The notes below the pieces were generated by a model. It saw only the letters and a list, made by a program, of their open reading frames with translations, was not told where the DNA came from and ran no database searches. A stretch of DNA of 64,000 bases from an uncultured bacterium (GTDB taxonomy: Bacteria; Bacillota_I; Bacilli_A; RFN20; CAG-826): contig CASGAD010000014.1 in the NCBI GenBank assembly GCA_949299335.1, forward strand, positions 183,186 through 247,185. The letters run 5' to 3'. Shown here piece by piece: positions 1 to 9,909 of this stretch. The position numbers and the translations under genes are program-made. Every line of letters begins with the position of its first letter. Position 1 is the stretch's first letter.

Positions 1-435
1 GATATTCCATCTAGCATTAACTTCAGCCTTTGAGTCGCTACTACTAGCGTGCTTAATTTGTAATGAAATATTACTCTTTAATGAATAAAATGTTATACCT
101 GTATCAAGTTCTTCAATAATTACTTTTTGATAGGAATCACTTGAAATTAAACAATATTGAAGCGTGGAATTATATTGAGTTAAAAAGTTTTCTTTATCAA
201 GTTTTAATGGTGCACTTATTGTTTCACTTTGATTAGTTGACATATCTTTATCTGATCCACTAATCTGACGAGTCTCACCAATATAATAGATTTCTCCACT
301 ATAACTATATGTAGTTACACTTGTATCTTTAAAACTTTTAACAATTGTATTTGCTTCATCAACTGTTAAACCAACTTGACTCTGACAGCTAGTCAATAAT
401 AGTAATGGAAGTAAAAATAATAAACATTTTTTCAT
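1..435 (-). CDS. Lipoprotein of unknown function (C-terminal part lies outside the window)
   Basis: Minus-strand frame is open from ATG 433-435 to the window edge (145 codons hand-translated, no stop). It is absent from the ORF track because no stop lies in the window. N-terminus MKKCLLFLLPLLLLTSCQSQ is a signal peptide plus lipobox. AGGAGG lies about 8 nt upstream. Confidence 0.6.
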   Translation of the reverse strand, partial: MKKCLLFLLPLLLLTSCQSQVGLTVDEANTIVKSFKDTSVTTYSYSGEIYYIGETRQISGSDKDMSTNQSETISAPLKLDKENFLTQYNSTLQYCLISSDSYQKVIIEELDTGITFYSLKSNISLQIKHASSSDSKAEVNARWNI

Positions 436-447
436 TATTAATTCCTC

Positions 448-2997
448 CTAATAAAGTCTAATATTCATTGCTGTTTCAGTTATAATTGAATTTTCTAAAT
501 TAACAACTACATGTAAATTATCACCAACTTTATGTTTAAATGATTCTACTTCAATATAAATATCATCTTTTACTTCAGGTGAAGTGACAATCATGAATTT
601 TTTATTTCCAAAGTCTTTAAAGTCTTTAACTGTTACAGGAAGTGAATTACTATTTTCAGTAATTGTATAAGCATCATGTGGTAATTCAATTTTAAATTGT
701 TTACTAAAGACACTTGTTCCTAATCCTTGAACTAACTTATTTGAAATTACGCTATTTAATTCATAGTAGTAATCACCAAATCTCATAAAGAAGATTAAGT
801 TAGCTTTTTCAATTTCATTAGCTGCATTGACGCTTAATTCTTTTAATGCTTTAGCGTGTGCTCTTTCTAATGCTTTAACAGGATTATTTTCGTCTTGGAC
901 CTTTCTACTAGCTTCTTTGTAATTTAATTTTAATTCTTTAATACTACGTTTATATACACCTTTAATGGTTGTAACTTCGCTATCGAATCTTAATGTTTCA
1001 TTAGATAATTTCATATCTAAATCATTTGCTTTATCTTTAGGGAAAATTTCTTTAAAGATTCTATGATCTTCTTTTCTCTTTCTAATAGCATCCTTATCTT
1101 TATTTTCCATTAAGAATTCTTTAAATTCGCGATTTTCAGTGGCTTTCTTTTCATCGAATATACGTTTATTTTCAGCTTTAAGTTCACTTACAATTCTATC
1201 ATGCTCTCCTTTTAATTTTTTGTATTCGGCAAGATAAGTTTCTTTAAATTCTTTTGCTTTTTGTGCGTTTTCTGCTTTGATTTTATTCAATAACTCTTTA
1301 TTTTTTTGAATTGTTTCTGTTAAATCTAATCCACGAAGTTTACTTGCTTCTTCATTGAATTTATCATTTTCCTCTTGAACTAAAGCAGCATGTTTAGTCT
1401 TTAACTCTTCAATAACTTTATTCTTTCCATCAATTAAAGTTTGATCTTTTAAATTGAAGAAAGCTGTCTTTAAGTTAACGAACTTACCTTCTAAAACATC
1501 TCTTTCTTTTAATGGAGTAATAACATTCTCTTCATTAACTTTGAAATATACTTTACTTAAATCAAAGTCGATATTAATTGTTTGACCTTTACTAAATTCT
1601 TTTAAACCACTCTTAGCAAAGAATGTACGACCATCGATTTCTAAATAAAGTAAGTCTGTTTGTCCAATTGTTTCAATATTCGTAATTTTAGCTTTAATAT
1701 TGCCTTTATTTAAACTAATACTTTCAATTGGTACTAATAAGTCACCTTCACCTTTAACATCTTCATAAACTTTAGGTAATTTTAATGATAAAGATAAAAC
1801 TTTCATCTCGCCATTTTCACATTTTGCTTTAAATAAGTTGTCATTTGGTAAACGTGGAACAATTGAGTTTTCAGTCTTCTTATCAAAGAAATGACATTTA
1901 TGAATATTAAAGTGAGCTTTAATAACATCACCGATTTTAATTCCGTCACTACTGTTTGCTTTAATAATTACACGGGTGGAACTCTCTCTAAAGCCATCAC
2001 CTTGCATATTGATATCACCATAAATTAATGTTTCGTTTCCTAACTCTTCAAAGTGAGAAACTTTAACATTTAATAAACTGTGTGAGTTCTTACAAACTTC
2101 AGGATCAACTGTGATATCTTCGCATCTTAAACCAACATAAACAACATGTTTTCCATCTAAATAATTTGGATGGACTTTCAATAATTCGTTATATGGGATT
2201 GTTAACTTATTATCTGAATATTCAAATTTAATTTCGACATTATCACCGATTCTATTTAATGTTGCTTCAAAGAAATTCATTTGAGGAGTTCCAATAAATC
2301 CAGCAACGAATTTATTTTCTGGATAATCATATAAATTCTTTGGAGTATCAATTTGTTGAATAACACCAAGTTTCATAACAACAACTCTAGTACCTAAAGT
2401 CATAGCTTCGACTTGGTCATGAGTAACATAAATAAATGTAGTTTTTAATTCTTGATGAAGTTTAGCAATTTCACTTCTCATTTGAGAACGAAGTTTTGCA
2501 TCAAGGTTACTTAAAGGTTCATCAAGTAACATAACTTTAGGATTTCTTAAAATTGCTCTTCCTAAAGAAACTCTTTGACGTTGACCACCACTCATAGCGT
2601 TAGGTTTACGGTCTAAATATTCTCTTAAACCTAATACATCAGCAGCCCACATAACTTTACGATGAATTTCATCATTTGGTAAATGTCTTAATCTTAAACC
2701 AAAAGCCATATTTTCATAAACTGTCATATGAGGATAAAGTGCATAGTTTTGGAAAACCATTGCAATATCTCTATCTTTTGGTGTGACATCATTAACTATT
2801 CTATTATCGATATAAAGTTCACCTGCACTAATATCTTCAAGTCCGGCAATCATTCTTAAAGTAGTTGATTTACCACATCCTGATGGACCAACAAAGACAA
2901 TAAATTCGCCATCTTTGATATCCATACAGAAGTCACTTACTGCTTTAGTGCCGTTAGGATAAACTTTGTAGATATGTTCTAATTTTAAACCAGCCAT
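448..2997 (-). CDS. MalK/MsmX-type sugar ABC transporter ATPase with a ~470-aa C-terminal extension
   Basis: 849-aa ORF. Residues 1 to ~380 form a complete MalK-like unit: Walker A GPSGCGKST, Q-loop FQNYALYPH, signature MSGGQRQRV, Walker B MLLDEPLSNLD, H-loop VTHDQ, then a TOBE-like domain. It is the last transporter gene of the maltodextrin cluster. The extension includes a Lys/Glu-rich helical stretch (~aa 520-745). Confidence 0.9.
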   Translation of the reverse strand: MAGLKLEHIYKVYPNGTKAVSDFCMDIKDGEFIVFVGPSGCGKSTTLRMIAGLEDISAGELYIDNRIVNDVTPKDRDIAMVFQNYALYPHMTVYENMAFGLRLRHLPNDEIHRKVMWAADVLGLREYLDRKPNAMSGGQRQRVSLGRAILRNPKVMLLDEPLSNLDAKLRSQMRSEIAKLHQELKTTFIYVTHDQVEAMTLGTRVVVMKLGVIQQIDTPKNLYDYPENKFVAGFIGTPQMNFFEATLNRIGDNVEIKFEYSDNKLTIPYNELLKVHPNYLDGKHVVYVGLRCEDITVDPEVCKNSHSLLNVKVSHFEELGNETLIYGDINMQGDGFRESSTRVIIKANSSDGIKIGDVIKAHFNIHKCHFFDKKTENSIVPRLPNDNLFKAKCENGEMKVLSLSLKLPKVYEDVKGEGDLLVPIESISLNKGNIKAKITNIETIGQTDLLYLEIDGRTFFAKSGLKEFSKGQTINIDFDLSKVYFKVNEENVITPLKERDVLEGKFVNLKTAFFNLKDQTLIDGKNKVIEELKTKHAALVQEENDKFNEEASKLRGLDLTETIQKNKELLNKIKAENAQKAKEFKETYLAEYKKLKGEHDRIVSELKAENKRIFDEKKATENREFKEFLMENKDKDAIRKRKEDHRIFKEIFPKDKANDLDMKLSNETLRFDSEVTTIKGVYKRSIKELKLNYKEASRKVQDENNPVKALERAHAKALKELSVNAANEIEKANLIFFMRFGDYYYELNSVISNKLVQGLGTSVFSKQFKIELPHDAYTITENSNSLPVTVKDFKDFGNKKFMIVTSPEVKDDIYIEVESFKHKVGDNLHVVVNLENSIITETAMNIRLY

Positions 2998-3009
2998 TTT
3001 CCTAGCCTC

Positions 3010-4593
3010 CTATTTTAGTAATGCAATTCCTAAAGGTGGAATTTCAATACTTGTTTTTGAATTATCTTTATAACTAATTGTCTCATTATTACTTGTTAAG
3101 TAATTTACACATTCACTATAGTTATATTCTTTTATATTTAACTCATAAGAGTTCTTTTGATTGAAATTAATTACGATTCCTAAATTGCTATCATCATACG
3201 TTTTGCTTAATAGAATTACGTAATTTTCATCATCATCTAGAAGAGTTGTTACATCTCCTCTAGCTATTTCTAGGTGTTTATTTCTAATATTATTTGCTTT
3301 TTTATAGTAATTAAGTAATGAAGTTTCATCATTTAATTGCTCTTCAACTGTTGGGAAAGGATAATCACAAGCTGTTGTTCCACTAATCATATCGCACTTA
3401 TATGAAGAATCCTTACCCCGATTCATTGGAATTCTTACATTTTGATCTGGAGGTATAGATCCAACCATCCCAATTTCATCTCCATAATAAGTAAATGTAG
3501 TTCCATTTAACATTGAAAGTAAACCATACATAAACTTATTCCATACGAGGTCTGAAGAATAATTAATTCTAGTGACATCGTGATTGGATAGAAACGGGGC
3601 AGGTATTTCTTTTTTTGAATCAGAGATTAATTCATACACTCCATCCAAATAATCATCATATAATGCGCCTTGAAGATTAAACGAGGTATTAATAAATCCA
3701 TTAGCTTGGCTTGCAGGAAAATAAAACACACTATCGATTTCACTTTCTGCATATTGAGATATAATTCCTCTGCCATCAAAGCATTCGCCAACAATATAAG
3801 CATTAGGGTTTTTAGCTTTAACAATTGAGTTAATTTTATTTAAGAACTCTACATTTTTATTTACGTTATTTAAGTAATAATACTTAATAGCATCTAATCT
3901 ATAGCCATCAACACCTAAATCAAGATAATATTCTAAAATTGATTTAAAGTATTCAATGACATATGGGCTATCGCAATTAAATTCAGGCATATCATCATCA
4001 AAGTTACATTCATAATAGAAGTCACTCCCTCCATTAGATGTAAGTTTATATCGAGCTGAAGTAATTTCGCTTTCATTTTTAACAAACGAATAGTAAGTCA
4101 TGTATTCCTTTTCTTCATCCGTCATGGTTTCATTTCTTAAGTATTTTCCATAAGCATTGCAAGCTTTTGAAAATAACTTATTACTTTTGCTAGAATGATT
4201 TAATGCTAAGTCTAAGATTACTTTTATATCACGTTTATGAGCTTCTTCTACAAGGGTTTTTAAATCATCCATTGTTCCAAAGTCTTCATCGATTTGAAAA
4301 TAATCACTAGCATTATATTTATGATATGTAGGTGAACTAAATATAGGAGTCATCCATATACCTGTATAACCTAAATCAGCAATATAATCTAATTTATCAG
4401 TTATACCTTTTAAGTCACCAATTCCATCACCATTACTATCTGCAAATGAAGAAACGAATATTTCGTAATAATTACGATAATTATCATCTTTAATTACAAC
4501 ATCTTTAACATCATTAGCAATTTCTAAATTATTACCACAACTTGATAAAACAAGTAATGGTAAAGTTAAAAGAAATAAACGCTTTTTAAACAT
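3010..4593 (-). CDS. GH13 alpha-amylase-family lipoprotein (surface alpha-glucan hydrolase)
   Basis: 527 aa. N-terminus MFKKRLFLLTLPLLVLSSCGNN carries a lipobox. GH13 conserved regions are present: DLALNHSS, GVDGYRLDAIKY, IVGECFD, FLSNHDVTR. Confidence 0.9.
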   Translation of the reverse strand: MFKKRLFLLTLPLLVLSSCGNNLEIANDVKDVVIKDDNYRNYYEIFVSSFADSNGDGIGDLKGITDKLDYIADLGYTGIWMTPIFSSPTYHKYNASDYFQIDEDFGTMDDLKTLVEEAHKRDIKVILDLALNHSSKSNKLFSKACNAYGKYLRNETMTDEEKEYMTYYSFVKNESEITSARYKLTSNGGSDFYYECNFDDDMPEFNCDSPYVIEYFKSILEYYLDLGVDGYRLDAIKYYYLNNVNKNVEFLNKINSIVKAKNPNAYIVGECFDGRGIISQYAESEIDSVFYFPASQANGFINTSFNLQGALYDDYLDGVYELISDSKKEIPAPFLSNHDVTRINYSSDLVWNKFMYGLLSMLNGTTFTYYGDEIGMVGSIPPDQNVRIPMNRGKDSSYKCDMISGTTACDYPFPTVEEQLNDETSLLNYYKKANNIRNKHLEIARGDVTTLLDDDENYVILLSKTYDDSNLGIVINFNQKNSYELNIKEYNYSECVNYLTSNNETISYKDNSKTSIEIPPLGIALLK

Positions 4594-4596
4594 ATT

Positions 4597-5460
4597 CTAA
4601 CCTTTAACTGCTCCACCAGTTACACCTTCAACATAATAGCTTTGTAAGCAGAAGAATAATGTAACAATTGGGATTGAAGTTACAACTCCACCAGCACAGA
4701 ATATTGGGAAGTTTTGATTAATATTACCTTTTGTAAGCATACCTTGAAGACCAACAGCTACGTTATATAATTCCAAGTGACCTTGAGCAATATAGCTTGC
4801 AAGCATGAAATCTCCCCAAGGAGCAGTAAATGCCATTAAAATTGTGTAAACAACAATTGGTTTAGATAATGGCATGATAATCTTCCAAAATACTGTATTT
4901 TTAGAAGCTCCATCAATCATTGCAGCTTCATCAAGTGACTTTGGAATAGTATCAAAGAAGCCTTTAGCAATATAATAATTCATTGCACTTCCAGCGACAT
5001 AAACTAATACTAAGCCAAAAATTGATCCAGTAAGTCCGATTAAATCAAGAATAAAGTAAACACAAACCATGCTTAAGAATCCTGGGAACATGCCAATGAT
5101 AAGCATCAATTTCATAAGTGCTTTTCTACTTTTAAATCTTAATCTTGAGAAAGCATACGATGTCATCAAAACAATAATTGTTTGGAATATACAAGTAATA
5201 GAAGCGATGATTAAAGTATTTAAGAACCATCTCCAGAATGGATGTTCTACACTTGTGAATAAGGCAATATAGTTGTCAAAAGTAAATCCACCACCAGGTA
5301 AGAACGAATAATCATTAAATGATTTTGAGAATGATTGCATAATTAAATATATAAATGGGAAAATCCAAATAACTGAGATAATCACAAGTATAGTATAAAT
5401 TACAATCTTTTTTATAAGTTCACGAGTTTTTTGACTATGCATTTTATTTTCTTTAATCAT
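4597..5460 (-). CDS. malG: Maltodextrin/sugar ABC transporter permease (MalG-like)
   Basis: 287 aa, multi-TM. EAA loop is SLDEAAMIDGASKNTVFWKIIMPL. The ATG overlaps the stop of the upstream permease (TAATG), which suggests translational coupling. Confidence 0.85.
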   Translation of the reverse strand: MIKENKMHSQKTRELIKKIVIYTILVIISVIWIFPFIYLIMQSFSKSFNDYSFLPGGGFTFDNYIALFTSVEHPFWRWFLNTLIIASITCIFQTIIVLMTSYAFSRLRFKSRKALMKLMLIIGMFPGFLSMVCVYFILDLIGLTGSIFGLVLVYVAGSAMNYYIAKGFFDTIPKSLDEAAMIDGASKNTVFWKIIMPLSKPIVVYTILMAFTAPWGDFMLASYIAQGHLELYNVAVGLQGMLTKGNINQNFPIFCAGGVVTSIPIVTLFFCLQSYYVEGVTGGAVKG

Positions 5461-6980
5461 TATTGGAAGTCCTCCTCATTTTTAACACTCTTAGTTCTGC
5501 TATAGAAGACGAGTGAGAAGAATGCAACGATACAGAAAATAATTAAACCGATAACACTAGATAGACCATAATCAACTGCTGCACTACTAGCTGTTAATTT
5601 ATAAAGCCAAGTAATAAGAAGGTCGGTAGCACCTGCATTCGTGTCATTAGGAACCTCTGTAATTAATGGTCTTCCTTGAGTTAGTAAGTAAATAACATTG
5701 AAGTTATTGATATTACCAACAAATTGAGAAATTAAATATGGCGTAGTTACAAATAACATGTAAGGGAGAGTAATCTTCATATACATCTTATATGGACTTG
5801 CTCCATCAATTCTAGCAGATTCATATAAATCTGCAGGGATATTTAATAAAATACCGGTACAAATTAATACTGTGTAAGGAATACCTACCCACATATTAAT
5901 TAAAATAATCATTACGTTTGATAAATATTTTTGATTTAAGAAATCAATTCTAGTTGAAATGACACCTAAAGATTCAAGTAGCCTATTAACAAAGCCAACA
6001 TCGCTAAACATCTTAGACAAAAGCAATAAACTAATAAATTGAGGAACAGCAATTGTAGTAACTAAAATTGTTCTCCATAATTTCTTTAATTTAATACCTT
6101 TAGCATTAATCATAATTGCTACGATCATACCAAAGAAATAGTTACTAAATGTAGCAAAGAAAGCCCAAATGAGTGTCCATAAGAGAATGTTTACAAAGAT
6201 GTAAGCATAACCTTCACTTGCACCTGAATTCTTCATGCCAAATAAATTTTCAAAATTTGATGTGCCAACCCAGTCAAATAATTGTTTAGGTGGCATATGG
6301 TATGAATTGTAATTAGTAAAACCAATACAAATCATAATAAGCATAGGTATAACGGTAAAAACCAAAATACCTAACATTGGGAAAGCTAATAAAGTTTTAT
6401 CATAGTTTCTATTTGTTAAACTACTTAAGAGTTCTTTATCAGAAGTATGTTTTCCTACTCCAAGCATATCTTGCAATTTTTTTGAAAAAGCAATACTTGA
6501 ATACCATGAATACGAAAAGCATAAAATTATGACAATTGAAATTACAGAATATAGAAGAATCATGAATGAATCATCTTGATATCGATAAACAATAAATGGT
6601 GGAGTATCTATCTCGATTTGCCCACTAGCAAAATCACCAAAATTATGTAGTTTAGATAAATATCCTGCACCAAACATAGCCATATAAACAATAAAAACGA
6701 TTTCAAATATTAAATGCAAAAAACCTCGAATATATTGTTTTCGAGATATTTCACCAAATCCAGAGAACAAAAATGTTAATTTTGTTTTCCAATCTCCATT
6801 TATTAATGCATCATACAAATTGACAAATGGAGATGCTAATTTACTAAATATTTTATAAAAGAAACCAGGTATTTTTTTGAAAAATATTGCACATTTGCTT
6901 GGTATTGACTTGAAAAACTGTAACGTTTTTAGTAAAGCTCTCTTAGGTTTAGAATATGATAAATATTGAATTGTAGTCAT
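5460..6980 (-). CDS. malF: Maltodextrin/sugar ABC transporter permease (MalF-like, long N-terminal membrane extension)
   Basis: The track ORF runs to 7013, but the ATG at 6978-6980 (MTTIQYL...) is directly preceded by AGGAGGAG. The longer version would run into the hairpin at 6999-7028. EAA loop is LYESARIDGASPYKMYMKITLPYM. Confidence 0.85.
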   Translation of the reverse strand: MTTIQYLSYSKPKRALLKTLQFFKSIPSKCAIFFKKIPGFFYKIFSKLASPFVNLYDALINGDWKTKLTFLFSGFGEISRKQYIRGFLHLIFEIVFIVYMAMFGAGYLSKLHNFGDFASGQIEIDTPPFIVYRYQDDSFMILLYSVISIVIILCFSYSWYSSIAFSKKLQDMLGVGKHTSDKELLSSLTNRNYDKTLLAFPMLGILVFTVIPMLIMICIGFTNYNSYHMPPKQLFDWVGTSNFENLFGMKNSGASEGYAYIFVNILLWTLIWAFFATFSNYFFGMIVAIMINAKGIKLKKLWRTILVTTIAVPQFISLLLLSKMFSDVGFVNRLLESLGVISTRIDFLNQKYLSNVMIILINMWVGIPYTVLICTGILLNIPADLYESARIDGASPYKMYMKITLPYMLFVTTPYLISQFVGNINNFNVIYLLTQGRPLITEVPNDTNAGATDLLITWLYKLTASSAAVDYGLSSVIGLIIFCIVAFFSLVFYSRTKSVKNEEDFQ

Positions 6981-6998
6981 ATCTCCTCCTATAAAATA

Positions 6999-7028
6999 GT
7001 TTAGCCCAAACAAATATTTGGGCTAAAC
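6999..7028 (-). terminator. Intercistronic stem-loop after the binding-protein gene (partial terminator or mRNA stabiliser)
   Basis: Perfect 12-bp stem GTTTAGCCCAAA / TTTGGGCTAAAC with a 6-nt loop. It sits between the malE-like stop (7040) and the malF-like start (6980). U-rich sequence flanks it. Confidence 0.55.
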
Positions 7029-7039
7029 TTATTTTTTAA

Positions 7040-8302
7040 CTAAGCAACGTTTTCGATTGCGTCGTTTAAAGTTTTCATAGCAGCAGCTATGTTGTCGTTA
7101 GTTGTATCTCCTGCTTCGATACCAGCAGCTAAGACTTCTGGAGCATTCCAAATAGCTGCAGGGAGAGCACCTTGTCCTAAATAACCATTCTTTGCGTTTG
7201 TAGCATCGATGATTTTAGCCATTTCACTATTAGCAACTTCTTCATCTTTTAATGCTTCATTATTTGTTGGTAAAACGCCTTTTTGTTCAAATCTATAAAG
7301 TTGAATTTCTTCACTTGTAATAAATTTAGCAAGTTCATGAGCAGCAACTAATCTATCATCACCTGATTTAAGTGGGTTAACACCAAGAAGTTTTCCACCT
7401 AAGAATGATTTTGTAATGACTGTTTGATTGTCAACAGTAATTGTAGGCATGATTGTATATCCAAAATTATCACCCATTTCTTTCTTATAAGCTGCTAAGT
7501 TCCATGAACCATCGACACAAGCTACTAATTTATTATCATCTGTTGGAGCAGCTTGAGTTTTTTGCCATGCTGTACTTGTCATAATTTTAACCATAGCTTT
7601 ACCAGCTAAAATTCCTTTTTCACCATCGAAGTCAGCACTGATTTTTGTAACTTTACCAGTATTATCAAGTGTCATTTCCCATCCAGCGCCAAAGCTAGTA
7701 ATCATAGCACCGCTATAGAAGCCTGTTCCTAATGGATAACAGAATTTCTTTTCTGTTTCAACTGCTTTTTCCATAACTTCTTCCCAGGTTGTAGGTGCAG
7801 TTTTGAATACGCTCTTATCATAATATAAGAAGTATGTGTTACTTCCATCATATGGATAAGCTAATACTTTGTCATTAAATGTTGCTAAGTCAACATTGAC
7901 CTTATTATTTTGTGAAGTGACAAATGTTTTGTATGATCCACCAAGTTCTGCTAAAGCACCTTTTTGATAAAGTGGGAGAATCTTATCGGAAGCATAACAA
8001 TAGACATCTGGTGCAGATGAACCTTTCCAGTCAGTAATTTCACTATCGACTTTATCTTCACCATGGTCGACAAAAGTAATGTTATAAGTATTTTTGTCTC
8101 CTTCAGCTGCCTTTGCTTCTTTAAATTTAGCAAATACTGAATTATAGAATTCGAGGTCAGATTTTGGTCCGCTGAAAACTAAATTGATTGTTTTGCCATC
8201 AGTATCTCCATCATCGACATCTGTGCTGCCACAGCTAACTAATACACCGACGGAAAGTAGCATAGCTGCTCCTAAACTAAATAATTTTAAATTCTTCTTC
8301 AT
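7040..8302 (-). CDS. malE: Maltodextrin-binding lipoprotein (ABC family-1 solute-binding protein)
   Basis: 420 aa. N-terminus MKKNLKLFSLGAAMLLSVGVLVSCGST carries a lipobox. A strong RBS (TAAGGAGGTT) precedes it. It sits directly upstream of the MalF/MalG-like permeases. Confidence 0.85.
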   Translation of the reverse strand: MKKNLKLFSLGAAMLLSVGVLVSCGSTDVDDGDTDGKTINLVFSGPKSDLEFYNSVFAKFKEAKAAEGDKNTYNITFVDHGEDKVDSEITDWKGSSAPDVYCYASDKILPLYQKGALAELGGSYKTFVTSQNNKVNVDLATFNDKVLAYPYDGSNTYFLYYDKSVFKTAPTTWEEVMEKAVETEKKFCYPLGTGFYSGAMITSFGAGWEMTLDNTGKVTKISADFDGEKGILAGKAMVKIMTSTAWQKTQAAPTDDNKLVACVDGSWNLAAYKKEMGDNFGYTIMPTITVDNQTVITKSFLGGKLLGVNPLKSGDDRLVAAHELAKFITSEEIQLYRFEQKGVLPTNNEALKDEEVANSEMAKIIDATNAKNGYLGQGALPAAIWNAPEVLAAGIEAGDTTNDNIAAAMKTLNDAIENVA

Positions 8303-8364
8303 AATAACCTCCTTAAAGAATTTTTTATTTATTTTAATTAAGTCAAACGACTTTAATTACCAAA

Positions 8365-9876
8365 TTAGTCTCTGCTATATTTAATAGCATTTTCTTTTAA
8401 AAACTTTGTAATTCTAGATTTATTTTCGTTAAATACATTTTTAGAGAACCTATAACTCCAATTATCGTTTGATAATGTAGCTGGAGCATTAATTCTTCCT
8501 TCTTTTCCTACTGGAATTAAATCTTGGAATAAGAATATTGAGATTCTTGCTTCATTAGCAAAGTTTAATTCGTTAATTTTACTCACAAGTTCTATTTCGT
8601 CACACTCCTCATCAAATGGAATATTGAAATACTCACATTCTTCTTTAACTACGTTCCAATAAATCTTTTTATTTTCAACAGTCAAATTATTAATAAATTG
8701 AAGTGTTGTTTCATTGTCATGAGTTGATGAATAACTTATGAAATTATATGTATAATTTCTTGGTCTCCGTGTATCATTAATATCTTCATTTAATAATCCT
8801 AAACTTAATGTTTTCATTCCAGGATAATTAGTTAACTTCATTAACTCTTTAAAATCATCATCTATATAACCAAGATCTTCAGCAATAATTGGCAAATCAA
8901 GTTTATCTTTAAATAAATCAAATCCAGGTCCTTTTACCCATTTACCATTTTTTGCTGTCTTATCCTTGAATGGGATTGAATAATAGCCACTGAAGCCTCT
9001 AAAATGATCAATTCTTAATAAATCATATAACTTTAATGCATTGCCTATTCTTTCGTTCCACCACTTATAGCCACTAGTTTTATGGTATTCCCATTTGTAT
9101 AAAGGATTTCCCCATAATTGGCCATCTTCACTAAAACAATCTGGTGGACAACCTGCAACTCTAGTTGGATAATGCTCTTCATCTAATTGGAATAATTCTG
9201 GATATTTCCAAACTTCAACCGAATCAAAGGCTACATAAATTGGTAAGTCACCCATAATTTTAACATTATGTTTATTAGCATAATCCTTTAAAGCTTTCCA
9301 CTCTTTCAAAAATTCGTATTGTGTCCGCATATAGAATGCGTATTCATCATAATGGCTCTTTTTTATTTCTTTTTCTAAAGCAATAGAATACCTTTTATAT
9401 TTTTCATCCCATAAATTCCATGGTCTTAATTCATTTAAATCTTTAATAACCATAAAAATACTAAAATCACTAAAATTTTGATTATTTTTAATAAACTCTT
9501 TAAAATCTTTATTTTCTTTATTAAATCTTGAGTAAGCCAAACGAAGCATTTTTAATTTGTTATTATAAATTGCTTCATAATCTACTCTAAATGGGTCATT
9601 ACCCCAATTAATCGAGTCAACTTCTGATTTTTTTAATAGACCAGCCTTAATTAAAGATTCAAAATCAATGAAATAATAGTTTAAACCATAATTAGAAGGT
9701 GATTGATATGGAGAATTTCCAAAACTAGTAACATTTAAAGGAAGAATTTGCCATATATGCATTTTTGAATCGCATAAAAAATCAACAAACTCATAAGCTT
9801 CTTTACTAAAACTACCTATTCCATAAGGAGAAGGTAAAGAAAAAATTGGAAATAATACACCAGCTTCTTTGTTCAT
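8365..9876 (-). CDS. malQ: 4-alpha-glucanotransferase (amylomaltase, GH77), paralog 1
   Basis: 503 aa. GH77 hallmarks: GVLFPIFSLPSPYGIGSF, GDLPIYVAFDS, LLRIDHFRGF, IAEDLG, SSTHDN. About 75-80% identical by eye to the ORF at 13162..14673. Confidence 0.92.
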   Translation of the reverse strand: MNKEAGVLFPIFSLPSPYGIGSFSKEAYEFVDFLCDSKMHIWQILPLNVTSFGNSPYQSPSNYGLNYYFIDFESLIKAGLLKKSEVDSINWGNDPFRVDYEAIYNNKLKMLRLAYSRFNKENKDFKEFIKNNQNFSDFSIFMVIKDLNELRPWNLWDEKYKRYSIALEKEIKKSHYDEYAFYMRTQYEFLKEWKALKDYANKHNVKIMGDLPIYVAFDSVEVWKYPELFQLDEEHYPTRVAGCPPDCFSEDGQLWGNPLYKWEYHKTSGYKWWNERIGNALKLYDLLRIDHFRGFSGYYSIPFKDKTAKNGKWVKGPGFDLFKDKLDLPIIAEDLGYIDDDFKELMKLTNYPGMKTLSLGLLNEDINDTRRPRNYTYNFISYSSTHDNETTLQFINNLTVENKKIYWNVVKEECEYFNIPFDEECDEIELVSKINELNFANEARISIFLFQDLIPVGKEGRINAPATLSNDNWSYRFSKNVFNENKSRITKFLKENAIKYSRD

Positions 9877-9895
9877 AAATTTTGCCTCTTATTAA

Positions 9896-9909
9896 TGTAA
9901 GCGCTTTCA
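9896..9909. promoter_or_regulatory. Catabolite-responsive element (cre, CcpA operator)
   Basis: TGTAAGCGCTTTCA fits the Firmicute cre consensus TGWAANCGNTNWCA at all constrained positions. It abuts the -10 box of the malQ1 promoter. Confidence 0.6.

Noticed and set aside
448-2997. The 849-aa ATPase as an artefactual fusion of two genes.
   Set aside because: The frame is continuous, with no stop or obvious homopolymer slip site at the junction (~nt 1870). The other ABC ATPases in the window also carry large extra domains. A fusion artefact cannot be excluded without reads, so this is kept as a caveat in the finding.
3627-3824. Short ORFs in the track that lie inside or antisense to long, well-supported genes: 3627..3824, 5069..5272, 7951..8133, 8184..8384, 12695..12949, 15738..15983, 17304..17486, 18711..18935, 19598..19843, 23876..24238, 26925..27125, 28647..28832, 31013..31432, 31703..32026, 32552..32746, 34359..34640, 34668..34916, 35828..36022, 38911..39123, 39457..39723, 42548..42805, 44285..44482, 45097..45294, 46797..47024, 47768..47980, 53989..54231, 55430..55648, 56219..56473, 57683..57883, 58548..58739 and 61287..61505.
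   Set aside because: Each is wholly embedded in a long ORF that has clear family motifs. Their composition is the low-complexity Ser/Leu/Ile/Phe-rich type expected from alternative frames of AT-rich DNA. None has an RBS or recognisable motifs.
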